From assembly GCA_910592345.1 (NCBI GenBank), contig CAJVPI010000171.1:1-46418 (forward strand): a DNA stretch of 46,418 nt, in the 5' to 3' direction. The stretch comes from Paraglomus brasilianum (taxonomy: Eukaryota). The notes under the pieces were generated by a model. It saw only the letters and a program-made list of their open reading frames with translations, made no database searches and was not told the origin of the DNA. The position numbers and the translations under genes are program-made. Position 1 is the first letter of the stretch. Every line of letters begins with the position of its first letter. Shown here in pieces: positions 25,642-36,828 of the stretch.

Positions 25642-28600
25642 TCAAGACCTCACTATTATCTAAAGAATGGAAAGAAGAAACTAATCGATTACTTAATTGC
25701 TTCTATTAAGTTGCTAACCTTTACTAGTAAAGCTTTCTGCTTCTTAATCACTTTTTTGAGGGTTCAAAACATCTTTTACACTGCGCAATATTTCTCCACT
25801 TACTCTATCTTAATCCATCCTCGCCTAGAGAGCAGTCCGATGTTGGTTAACATTATCTTGAGACGTTTCTTTCCTGGCAATATTAGAGCAAGAAGATGAT
25901 CCCGAGAAGACAATTCATGAGTTGGCAGATGTTTGGAAATGTTACCTCCGAGAACACTCGCAGTTCTCGGAATGTTCAAATTGATATTCTACACTAACCT
26001 TTCTTAATTACACATAACGTATGTAAGACGTTTCGCCGGAGAATTTGAATGCAACTGTAAGCATGTAGACGGCGCAATTAACCATCTGTCTTGGCGTTCT
26101 TGCTCAAGTTTCATGTATCAGACTCTGGTCTTTTCAACTAGTAATATGGGAGCCATATCGTCACGGCTGCGTACCTAAGTGTTGAATGATAAGTAAAGAA
26201 TATAGTAAGTAATTTGATATCATCTTTGTATGTATCGAACCCAACCGACGCAGATTATTATTATTATTATTATTACCCTTTTTCTTAAAGATACGTCCGT
26301 CAGTTTTAACCAGACGACCATAAGTATTAGTTGCAGACATTGGCGTGGTGTATTCGTCGTTAAACTTACTCTCGTTTTTGGCTGATTATATTGTTGAGTC
26401 CCGCTGTGATATACGAATATTGTGAGATGTCCCACTGGGGTGTAAATTATCGAGTTATGAGTAAGACGTGAATACCTACGAAATGATTGCGATGAGTATG
26501 CCTTACAATGTTTACATAACTAGGGTGTAAATCTCAGGTTGATGCTCTTATTCTCATGATACATTCATATTATTATATCACAGTTATATCATTATTATTA
26601 CATACCCTCACTCGAACGTTCAGCATTGAATACCGTGAAAATACAGAACTACAAGAGAACGCATAGCTGCGTGAATATAGGGGTAACAAAGAACAAGGCG
26701 TATTTGACCAGGGATCCACCTTCTACGATACATTGTGAAATATCACATCTGAATGCTAGCACATTGCATCAGACATTTCTCTTCCTTTAATTGGTCAAAC
26801 GGTAGTACAAGACTTTCCAGTTTTGAAAAAACAAAAGGCTTGTGTAAATGATAGAATATTCTCACAGTCCCTGATAAACAAATCGCCCAACAGTATCCAT
26901 TGCAATTGCTTTCATCCTATATATCGCTTTATGCGTTTTGGGTATTGCGCTAGTAGAGTTTTTGGCAGAGAACAATAGCATAAAAGTCGGTAACACGACT
27001 CTTACAATGCTTACAAACTGTACATCATGCAAGCACCAATGAAAGCATCAGATGTAGGAACGATCTTTCATTTACGCGCCGTGCCTTTTGTAACATTTTA
27101 AATTATGCATTATTTGTGTTATTTTAAGTTTAAACTTTCAAATGAGGCGTAAACAATGTATGCCAATCTCCAATGCTTTGACTCGGGACGCCTTGGCCAA
27201 ATGAGTATCTAGCACAACTGTATGTTGCAGAGCAGTGTGGGAGTGGGGCTAGAGTGATATGCGCATACATATTCAGCTGATGGTTACAAGGTTATTGGAT
27301 GCATCATCGTGTTACGTATTTAACGCATTGATAGCATAGTGCCTTTTGAAAAGATGGCGCGTAACATGAATGGCGACATGATACAATGCATTATTGGTAA
27401 TAAATGTAAGGGATGTACTGTACTTTAGAATGACAGTGTTTGTGCGATTATACAATAAGAACTTTCTGTATGAGACTATAAGTGGCAACTGCATGTTAAA
27501 CTTTTTGTTGTACATGGGTAATTATTCATTCCAGTATTTTGAACCCTTTTGCATGTATGCAAAAAAAATAAATAACAAAACCAGTTTTTGGGTTGGTAAT
27601 ACTCTAAAACTTGTTTCGAGAGTACCATTAAATACTGATTTTGATAATCTCAATGATACATCTGATCTTACGCAAACCCATAGTCCGAAAAAAACCTTTC
27701 ACCCTTTTCCGGATAAATGCTGTATGTTCAAGATTGGTAATCCTTTTGTTGATGATGTGTTACAAACTGTTCTCTATGTATGCGTTTTTTTTTTTGGTTT
27801 TTTTTTTTTTTTTGGCGCTACTCCAGTCATGCAGTCATATCCAGGGCTTATCTCAAGAATTGCAATTTCTCACGATTCTTATTTGTCAAACAATACAAAC
27901 GAGAAAGAGGCGAAATTAAAGGAAAATACGATGTTCCAGTTTAAAGAATTGTTTCACTACTTTTGATGAGAATGTAGAATCTTTATATCTTAATCACTGA
28001 TTAAGAATAACAAAGGAAAGAAAAGGAAAGAAAAGAATTGCATGACTTGACGCAGCAATGATGAACCGGCTTACCGTTTAGTGCTGTGTTTGATTATTTA
28101 GATTTTTTATTGTACTTTACTCATAACTGTATAAATTGTTGATTCTAAATCTTGAAACGCTTGATAAGGCGGTTAGATGATTAGACGCTTTTGTCGCTTT
28201 GATTTATTACTTTGTTAAGTAATCGCACAAAAAGACTGCCGGAGAATACCAATCAACGAAATCTTAATAATACTGTCCGACAACGTCTGTTTGACTATAT
28301 ACGAACAACAGTTTACGCCCGCCTCTCCTAATAAGAGAGTGATTGAAAGGGAGGGCCGAGGAACGTTACAGGGACAGAAAACGATATTATTTATCCTACC
28401 TAGTCTATTTTAACGTATCACAGATACCAAAGTTTGGGGCATTTCCTATCGTTTATTTAATGATAACTTAACAAATGTGTGTACAATAATAATTAGTCTT
28501 ATTTCTCTAGTCTTAGCATCCACTGCAAATATATTATCTTATAGTGTCTTAAATCGTAAGTGCCTTATCATCATAATCTCCAACCAATCAAAATTAAAAT

Positions 28601-28649
28601 GTTTGTGATCGTCCCCTATTCCCTATTCCTGTCTTCCACCTCTTCCACC

Positions 28650-29630
28650 CTAACACTGAGTGTATTCGTTATCAGGACTATCTGTAATAATCCACGATAG
28701 GTCGGCGAAGTTGTAAGCGTTCATGATGGGAACCGGAGGATACCCGATATTTATTGACGTTTGCGGTGCTTCCATGGGGGAAATATATTGAGACAACTGA
28801 CCTATGTCAATCGGTTGTTGCAAAGCGAAATTGGCGAAATTGCAATTGTCATATTCCGGGTAATTGCCTGCGATTTGTCCGGAAAGTACATCAAAGTATG
28901 TAAATGGGTCATTCTCGAATATTGACATTGAGCTCACGTTGCTGGCAACTGATGGAGATGGGTTGCTGGCAACTGATGGAGATGTGCTGCTGGGAATTAA
29001 TAGGGGCGTTGAGTTCGGGCCGCTGGGAATTAATGGAGGCGTTGAGCTTGTGCTGCTGCCAATAGATGGAGCCGTACAGCCTTGGTTCTTTTTCGCCGAT
29101 GGTGAAGTAGAGCTTCGACTCTTTTTCGCCGGTGATTTTTTTCTTGATTTGGGGTCGTACTCCCTTACATCCAGTTGTCCATCCTTTTGACGCTTCTTGT
29201 ACGTCATTTGGGGGAAATCTTCTCGAGCGACTTTAGCAACACTTTTATAGGGTTTTTGGAATTCCTCTTTGAGACAGTTCCAAAGCATCGCTCCTAACTT
29301 TTGTCTCGCTTTCCCATCAAGGGTCTCGTTAATTACCAGTTTATTGACTAACTCTTTAAAGACGACCATAAATAAGAAATACGAGTTTGGAGGACGTTTT
29401 CGCTTTTTTTTATTCCCTTCTTGAGTTGTTGATTCATCTTCGAGGATTGATTCTTCTTTGATTTTCTTTGCATATTCTAACAGCTTCTTATCCTCGAACG
29501 GTATGTCGGGAGTGTGCAGAACGATAGTTTGGCTGAACTCAGGATATTCGGTAGCGATCTCGGTATCAAGAGGGGATTTTTTGTAATATTTTGAAATAAC
29601 TTCATCAAGTGATTCTTGGATTTGAGTCAT
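28650..29630 (-). CDS. HMG-box transcription factor 2 (divergent), 326 aa from MTQIQES
   Basis: KKKRKRPPNSYFLFM...LGAMLWNCLKEEFQKPYKSVAKVAREDFPQMTYKKR (~29190-29410), followed by basic and Ser/Pro-rich regions. Start placed at the ATG at 29630, downstream of a TATA-like motif; the ORF track's start at 29750 is non-ATG. Confidence 0.85.
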   Translation of the reverse strand: MTQIQESLDEVISKYYKKSPLDTEIATEYPEFSQTIVLHTPDIPFEDKKLLEYAKKIKEESILEDESTTQEGNKKKRKRPPNSYFLFMVVFKELVNKLVINETLDGKARQKLGAMLWNCLKEEFQKPYKSVAKVAREDFPQMTYKKRQKDGQLDVREYDPKSRKKSPAKKSRSSTSPSAKKNQGCTAPSIGSSTSSTPPLIPSGPNSTPLLIPSSTSPSVASNPSPSVASNVSSMSIFENDPFTYFDVLSGQIAGNYPEYDNCNFANFALQQPIDIGQLSQYISPMEAPQTSINIGYPPVPIMNAYNFADLSWIITDSPDNEYTQC

Positions 29631-29721
29631 TAAGAGAACGTTGCTTTGAGCAATTGTGAAGGTGATTGTATTGTATTGTTGTGAGTGAAGAAAATGAAGC
29701 GATGGGGAGTAGGATGCGCTA

Positions 29722-29730
29722 CTTATATAC
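29722..29730 (-). promoter_or_regulatory. Putative TATA box of HMG gene 2
   Basis: TATATAAG on the - strand ~95 nt upstream of the ATG at 29630. Confidence 0.4.
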
Positions 29731-31187
29731 ACCATCCGAGCCGCAGACAAAGATATACAATGAGTATAGTAATAATAATAAATATAATAAAATGAACTGG
29801 ACGTAAATGTAAGTCAGTCCCTGGTAACATTGTATGGTTTCACACATATACGACAGGATTATTCTATACAACAACAAACGCGCGAACAATATGAAGATCA
29901 ATAGTACTTATATTTGATCATATGTATATTAATATAGTTATCACTTATATGTAGCATTCTCGGACTTTCCAATGCGGGAACTTCTCATTCGTATCTTCGA
30001 TGCTATCCTAGAATGGAATTTTTTGAAGGACGTTGGTTCAATTGTAAAAATTATCCTCTTTTGGTAAGCGCTCATACCTTGTTGTAATGTAAGAGAATAC
30101 TGGACGAATCAAATGCATTTGGCAGGGAATTTCTTGTGATCCGTTGCACGCAACGAAAGCACCATTGGCCCGTTCGAAGAATTTCCAGGCGATAATGGGA
30201 AATATTGCCAAGAAGGAGAGGGAATGGTCACCATTTCGGTTTGTATTGCTTATCTCTAGGGCCCTACAATATATGCAGGGATAGTGTAAACTGTAAAAAC
30301 AAAAGTGCAGCAGCCCATTTATGGATCAAAATTAAAAGAGAATGCGCCCATAATCCGCAACGACGTACACCCAATATCGGCCGTATTATCAAACATTCAA
30401 CATGCAGGGGGAAGAGAGCAAAGGTCGATTTTTGCTCTTAGCCATCCCGAAAGCTGAAGATACTGGTGTTTGTTGAGAGCAAGTGCTGTTATAATTATAG
30501 CATACGAGGTCATGATAAATGCGGGGGACTTGTAATGGGAAGTGGGGGTGGGGGATCATGAGGGTCCAACCCATACCTATTAACAGAAAAATGCTATACA
30601 TACATTTGTTTGTGTTTTACCCAATTTAGAATACATGTGAGACGCAAATACGATTAAGTGAATCTGTATAAAATAATAATAAATATTTGATGCTCCCTAA
30701 ACACGTGTACAGCACAAAAGACGTATACAGTAACAAGAGCAAAGTACATTCAGATATGGGGGCAACATTGTATGCTGGTATGTGCGTGTGCGTATGTGCG
30801 TAAGAAGCAATCATTCTCTCCTAATACATGTAAAATACATAATGATGTACAACGTCTCTATTGTCTCGACCGATAAGAGTTAGCTTGGGCATGTCATCGT
30901 CAGTGTGTTCTATCCAAATGATGCCCTGTTTATGACGTAACAGCCCCTAACTCTGTGGTATAAATAATGGGGCATTTTGGAATGACATATCTGATAACAC
31001 ATGGACGATATATGGGCAATCGTATAACAAACGTTGATCATCAAAGGGGGATCAATAGTCCCGCCCATGATAGCAGGCATGTATAATGACAATCAGTTTT
31101 GAACAATACTCGTTTTTGGTAGACAAATTGAGTAAATGTTATCAACTATGCTTATAAATAATCTGTTGTAGGAAAAACTATTGAATA

Positions 31188-31232
31188 TACAATGAATGAA
31201 TGTACAATGAATGTACAATGAATGTACTAATG
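31188..31232. repeat. Tandem TACAATGAATG repeats (3 copies plus a partial)
   Basis: TACAATGAATGAATG-TACAATGAATG-TACAATGAATG-TACTAATG. Confidence 0.8.
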
Positions 31233-31719
31233 TTACACCAATCTCCTTGTCGATTGTTATCGCAAATCATTCTCTGATGATTTGCTTGCGTGCTTGCCCA
31301 TTGATCATAATAACAATGCATTACAAAAGGAACATTTTTATTGTATAAACAAGCATAAATAGATGGAGATATAGGGCGTATAAATATTAAGGCAATGTTA
31401 TTTATTATCAACATAAGTTAATTGATATAAAATAGAGTTTTATAAACAATACTCAATATAAATATTGATCACACCACTCGTAATTGCGCTATAATAAATT
31501 GGGTAATACACCTTCTTAATATAATTATTCATCATACCGCTTGTAATTGCGTCACAATCAAAGAATCTTCGAGATAATGTATGCGCTGTATGATCTCATA
31601 AGGAACAGCCTGTGTATTAGTAACCATGTCACAACTGAATTATTTGCTCCGAGTCAGAAAAACGCTGGGCTCCGTAGTCGGAAACTTTACACAGGCCTAA
31701 CTGTATTTGTAGAACATGT

Positions 31720-31875
31720 GCAGATTCTTTTGGTGAGAAGGTAGGGTTTTCGATACTCGAGTTCTACGTTGTTGTTCGATCTATAATTCTGTGCTTTACA
31801 TGTTGCGCAGATTCTTTTGGTGGATTTCGATACTCGAGTTCTACGTTGTTGTTCGATCTATAATTCTGTGCTTTA
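31720..31875. repeat. Local tandem duplication with an identical 51-bp core
   Basis: 31748-31798 equals 31825-31875 (TTTCGATACTCGAGTTCTACG...GTGCTTTA); both copies are preceded by GCAGATTCTTTTGGTG. Confidence 0.9.
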
Positions 31876-32846
31876 TTTCATCATTGTATGCGCCAAAATG
31901 TGTTACCATTCCATGATGGAACAAATTTCAAGAATTCAGTAGTTGTCCAACATTCGATATCTTTATTACTTAATCCTCCCCATTTATCGGCTGCGGTATA
32001 TATGCTGACAAATATATGACTCATAGTATGTCATTTTATGGGGCCACTAGCAGGGAGTACCGTGTAATATTTGCCTTTCGAATCATCGAATCATTTCCAT
32101 TCGAATAAACACACTGAACCGGATATTCATTATGTATTGATGGCGTTATTTGATAACAATGAAGATAAGAAAATCTTAACTGGTTTACCAGTATCATCAT
32201 CCTGATTAAAGAACAATCGCATTCTCATTTAGAGTAATAAGCATTCGCCTCTATGCTATGATTAAAATACATGTGCAACAATTCACACACTACATTGGCA
32301 ATATTGATATATTATTTTGTAACTAGCGCCAAACACTCAAAGGACGGAAAAAGATGATAGATGGAATCTTTGTTCTTGTTACATTAAAGAATTTGATATG
32401 AATCTAAAATTAGAAAACCAGTATGCAATCGCCAAATAGGCTACTGCCGTTTGTTTTCCGGAGTGGTAGGAGAAGGTGCGCAATTTTTTAAGGGTAAGAA
32501 TGGTTACTGTTACAAGCAAGAAGAAGAAGAAAAAAAATCATTATTCGTAGAGTGTTGGTCGCTCCAGCTTGGAAATAAGAAAAATGGGCAGCTATTCTAC
32601 AGGTCAGAATGCATTTCTCACTTGCATTACATTGTATAACATAAATGTCCGATTTTATTCTTAAATACATCATAAATGCATATATATACTATATAATAAA
32701 TATATAGCTATCCTATAAAAAAAATGTTACACTTAATCGTCATAAAATTTGTCCTTACGTAAAAAGAAACTGTGTTATATGCTATATGTAATGTGATATA
32801 CAAATGTTCTGATGATGTCATTATGATCAACATAAGACCTTAGTTT

Positions 32847-34190
32847 TCAAGTCCTGTGGTGAGTACAATGGACAATACCCACATACATTTGTTGGTGGTC
32901 TTCAACATAAGGCGGTGATAGTGCACGGGAAAGCAGGTCTTCAATTTCATAGGAATAGGATGACATAGTTGGATAGGAAAACGAGTCAATCCCAGCAATG
33001 AATTGCGATGGTTCACAGGAAAATTCATTGGATGACATGGTCGGCGATGGTGCAAAGGAAAACTGGTCTTCGATATCAGCAACGAATGGCGACAGTGTGC
33101 AGGAATCCTCGGGGAATGGCATAGGCGATGGTGCACCGGAAAATTCATCGAATGATATAGTCGGCGAGGGTGCACCGGAAAATGGGTTTTCGATCTCAAT
33201 AGCGTATGGCGATGGGGTGTCAATCTCAATAGCGTATGGCGATTGTGCACAGGAATGCGAGTGTTCATCAGGGAATGGCATGGGCGATGGTGCACCGGAA
33301 TACGAGTGTTCATCAGGGAATGGCATGGGCGATGGTGCACCGGAAAATTCATCGCATGACATTGTCGGGGAGGGTGCACTGGAAAACGGATATTCATCGG
33401 GTGACGATCCATGCGAAAATATTAAAGGCGGCGTTGGTATTTGTAACAGTTGAGATTCGACGATATGTACTGTATCGATGTAGGTGGTTTGCTGGTTTAC
33501 GTTATTACCAAAAGTTTCGTTAATGCTACCGTTGTCATATTGGTCGTTGTCATTATTCAAGGGATAACCTTGTGTGTCTCCTATTTCGTTTGAGGTATTA
33601 TCATTTTCCGTTATTATTTGAGCCTGGAACGTTAAAACTTGGATGGTCTGAAATTCTTGGATTTCGGTAGGTCGATTATTAGCATATTCACCTTGCACTT
33701 TTTGGACGCGCCAACAATTTCCTTTTTCAGGCCTATAAATCCAATCTCTATGATATTTCTTATGCAATTCTTTTACTTTATATTGTAATTGACGATATTC
33801 TTCTTTCTCGGCTTGGCTACACTTTTTCCACAGACCAGCAATTATTTCCGAAAATTGCTGCTGCTGCATGTCCTTGAATTGTGGTAATTCACGAATACGT
33901 CGAGCCGCACATGTTCTGTACAAAATCCAGCAATTCGAGGGGCGGAGTACTTTGGCACCGTCTCCTACAAAACGGTTGGCGCACAGTTGTTCAACGGAAT
34001 ACGGAGGTGGATGAAGGTTGAGAAGTTGTTTGATAGTGTCAGGGTTGAGCGAAAGTGAGAGGGAAGAATTTGAAGGAATAGTTGGTTGTTCACGAGTAGG
34101 TCTATGGCTTCTATTCAAAGGCGTGCTTTTTGAGATTCTAGATGTTCCTTGTCTTTTGTGGAGACCTTTTTGATGGTTGTTGCCTGTCAT
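32847..34190 (-). CDS. HMG-box transcription factor 3 with repetitive Ser-Pro/acidic tail, 447 aa from MTGNNHQ
   Basis: KVLRPSNCWILYR...FSEIIAGLWKKCSQAEKEEYRQLQYKVKELHKKYHRDWIYRP (~33730-33955). First in-frame ATG at 34190, with TATAAAT ~85 nt upstream. A GTATGT near 32886 could mark a terminal intron, so the extreme C-terminus is uncertain. Confidence 0.92.
   Translation of the reverse strand: MTGNNHQKGLHKRQGTSRISKSTPLNRSHRPTREQPTIPSNSSLSLSLNPDTIKQLLNLHPPPYSVEQLCANRFVGDGAKVLRPSNCWILYRTCAARRIRELPQFKDMQQQQFSEIIAGLWKKCSQAEKEEYRQLQYKVKELHKKYHRDWIYRPEKGNCWRVQKVQGEYANNRPTEIQEFQTIQVLTFQAQIITENDNTSNEIGDTQGYPLNNDNDQYDNGSINETFGNNVNQQTTYIDTVHIVESQLLQIPTPPLIFSHGSSPDEYPFSSAPSPTMSCDEFSGAPSPMPFPDEHSYSGAPSPMPFPDEHSHSCAQSPYAIEIDTPSPYAIEIENPFSGAPSPTISFDEFSGAPSPMPFPEDSCTLSPFVADIEDQFSFAPSPTMSSNEFSCEPSQFIAGIDSFSYPTMSSYSYEIEDLLSRALSPPYVEDHQQMYVGIVHCTHHRT
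33000..33400 (-). repeat. Coding tandem repeats (S-x-A-P-S-P peptide units) in HMG gene 3
   Basis: Recurrent GGCGA(T/G)GGTGCACCGGAA on +; near-exact 45-bp duplication (SGAPSPMPFPDEHS) and duplicated SPYAIEI. Confidence 0.9.
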
Positions 34191-36153
34191 AATGTTTAAA
34201 GAGTTTTGTTTAGTATTTTGTTTTCGAGTAACTTTTTTTTTTAAAATTTTCGTGAAGTGACCAAGGCGAAATTTATAGTTTATTTCGCATTTCGTTACAC
34301 GATCCAATTTAATACAAACAATAAAAGGCCGTTAGGGTTATAATTGATACGCAAGTGGTGCTATCTTTGTTGAGCCCCAGCATTGTAATACATAGATATA
34401 TAAGGCAAATTATGCCTATATGCCAAAGTTGAACCAATCGTCTTTGTGGTTACAGAGTATATGGTATAGTTAAAACCTGATCTGGCAATCATTGATGCCT
34501 TTATGCTGTTAAGCGTAGTAATAAATAATAATAGTACAATCAGGAAAAAAAAAAAGGGCTGACGACAATTATAGTAACCTAAATGTCCCTACCTAATGTA
34601 AAAATACGTGCCTATTACAATGAGGTAAACCCAATAGCATATTTTGGTCAACCAACGTCTCTGGGGTTTATGTGTCACCCTGTAGTACCTCCATCGCAAG
34701 ATTTGTTCAACTAATTGTCCGAGTGACATAATAACAGTAATACAACGCTCGTTACATTAATAATTTACCTATCAACCGTACGCAAATGACTACGCGCGTA
34801 ATGCTGTGCTTGCATTCTGCGCTAAAAGCAAATGCATGTAAATGAGTTTTACGAGGGTAAACGTTTAATTCACCAATCACCAGCATATTCCGAACGTTTA
34901 CGTATTATTACATACATATGTGTTTATAACGATAGTGATTACCCTATTATTCTCCTCAATTGCCCGGTAGGTGCAAGCGCATTGAATCATTGTCGGCTAG
35001 GATTCTCCGAATAAGATGGCTATGAAACAAACAAAACATACAATGAAACATAGAAAGGGCATATGGGTAAACATGGTTCCAGTAGACGGAGATGGATTTC
35101 CATATTTTGTTTGACGACTAAACAAGTTTTGCCTTTAGCATTGACAATTATGGTGAATTTATCTTTAGCATAAAGACCCTTCATTTTTACCAAGTCATTT
35201 ACTTGAAAAAAGAATTTCGAAGCAGAAACTTCCGTATATTCAATCTGTTGCCATATGTTGACTATCGGGTTTCACTGCTTCCCCCTTGTTAATTCTCTGT
35301 ACAGTTGGGATTTATGCTGCTGCGCCGTTGTTAACTAAAGGTTTTATTGTATTTCTTTATTTATGACTCGAGGATGTAACATTATTGTTATTAATTATGT
35401 GGGCTGTCGATCATTTTGGGAGCAATCCAGGATTTCAGCGTTGTTGTGACCAGACACATATGCACTTCATAGATAACCGATAACCATAGATCGCCCATTT
35501 CTGGAAGCATATTCTGTTAAAATTGCTTGCTACTGGGCTTTCGAACCGATTATCTGATAAACTTTACAGCTTGTGACTTGTCATTGAGTTTTTTGTTTGC
35601 CCGCTTTTCTTGTGGCGAAGTCGATGTCGTCGGAGCATCGGAGACCTTGTGTTCAATAAAGGCTACACATTAGTCTGTTGAATAATTATTGTTTCTTTCT
35701 ATGGGTTGATTAAGCAGAGTGCTATTGAGACAACGATACCTTTTTTGCAAACTGCGAGCGCCACAGCAAACAAATACTATGCAATGTCAATACCTTAACG
35801 AATTGTAAGATTGAGGTATACCTCAAGATTTCTTAATTTAGTATTGTTATTGTATATATTTTCTCCGGTAGCAACTGCTGCACATTTTCAATGATAAATT
35901 TAATTGACCAATTGAAACCTCAAAAATATAATGTTTTTCGGTACGGAATCTTATGGGTCATGACACCTCATTACTCGCTCCCGTGATGGGCCAATTTCGG
36001 TATGCGATTGAAAATAACAACGTATAGCGTGGAGACAAATAGTTACGAGATAAAAATAACTTACTTAGCATTGTAGACTTAAAGATAATGCAAATGAACA
36101 GTAATGTCGGTTATACAGTAAGAAAACCCATAGTATCACAAGTGAGAGAGAAA

Positions 36154-36162
36154 TATAAATAT
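36154..36162 (+). promoter_or_regulatory. Putative TATA box of HMG gene 4
   Basis: TATAAATAT ~60 nt upstream of the ATG at 36217. Confidence 0.4.
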
Positions 36163-36216
36163 AGAGATCGATCAAGGGCTTGCAAAGTGAAAAACACCAC
36201 AATATCATAAGAAAAC

Positions 36217-36828
36217 ATGACAAGAAAGAACAACATCCGCGAGTACAGCATTCCAACGGCGGATGCTAATAGCATTCAAAAGAAAAAACCAACCAATACT
36301 AAGAAGGCGTGCGATCCTGATAGGATCGCGGCGAAGATTTCATTTGACGAATTTCTTGAGTTTGCCCTTTCCGAGGGCTACCAAAAGCAAGGGGACCCCG
36401 CGAAGCGTCCCTTGAATTCGTTTATGCAATTTCAATGTACATTGACAAAGTTTGTCAATGCACGCATGGGGGCTATCCCCCGCCCGATATTGACAAAGGT
36501 GGCCTCCCTAATCTGGAGGCAACTCGGCGAGGATCGAAGGATCCTCTTTGCAAAGTTTGCGGAAGAAGGAGAAGCTGACCACAATAGACAACATCCCGAG
36601 TATCGCTTCCATCCCCGGAGGCAAAAACCCGTCATGAGAGTCAACATTCAAACCCGGGTTGATCGGGTTGACCTTCAACCCCCCGCAAAGGTGCAAATAG
36701 AAGAAATACCATCATCAGTGGGCTTTTCCTCAGAGCCGCCTCCCCTGTTTACGGAAGAGAACCTTTACGTTCCGCATTATGAGTATCCGCTGTTTCAGAG
36801 CGGATATGAGTATCAACTTTTCAGTTGA
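36217..36828 (+). CDS. HMG-box transcription factor 4, 203 aa
   Basis: PAKRPLNSFMQFQ...LTKVASLIWRQLGEDRRILFAKFAEEGEADHNRQHPEYRFHPRR (~36400-36620) with a short acidic/aromatic tail. Confidence 0.92.
   Translation: MTRKNNIREYSIPTADANSIQKKKPTNTKKACDPDRIAAKISFDEFLEFALSEGYQKQGDPAKRPLNSFMQFQCTLTKFVNARMGAIPRPILTKVASLIWRQLGEDRRILFAKFAEEGEADHNRQHPEYRFHPRRQKPVMRVNIQTRVDRVDLQPPAKVQIEEIPSSVGFSSEPPPLFTEENLYVPHYEYPLFQSGYEYQLFS

Noticed and set aside
27394..27966. 190-aa ORF
   Set aside because: Non-ATG start, runs through poly-T tracts (FFFGFFFFF) and has no recognisable motif.
29631..29750. N-terminal extension of HMG2 in the ORF track
   Set aside because: Non-ATG start, and the extension overlaps a TATA-like motif and reads like a UTR. 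The in-frame ATG at 29735 cannot be fully excluded.
32840..33523. ORFs 32840-33412 (-), 32998-33453 (+) and 33236-33523 (+)
   Set aside because: Alternate-frame or antisense shadows of the stop-poor repeats in HMG3.
34191..34307. N-terminal extension of HMG3 in the ORF track
   Set aside because: TTG start in a eukaryote; the segment is an A-rich leader containing TATAAAT.
15198..36828. Calling this the Mucorales sex locus (sexP/sexM) or the AMF homeodomain MAT locus
   Set aside because: No triose-phosphate transporter, RNA helicase or homeodomain gene is visible, and four HMG genes do not fit the single-gene sex locus. No gene symbols assigned.
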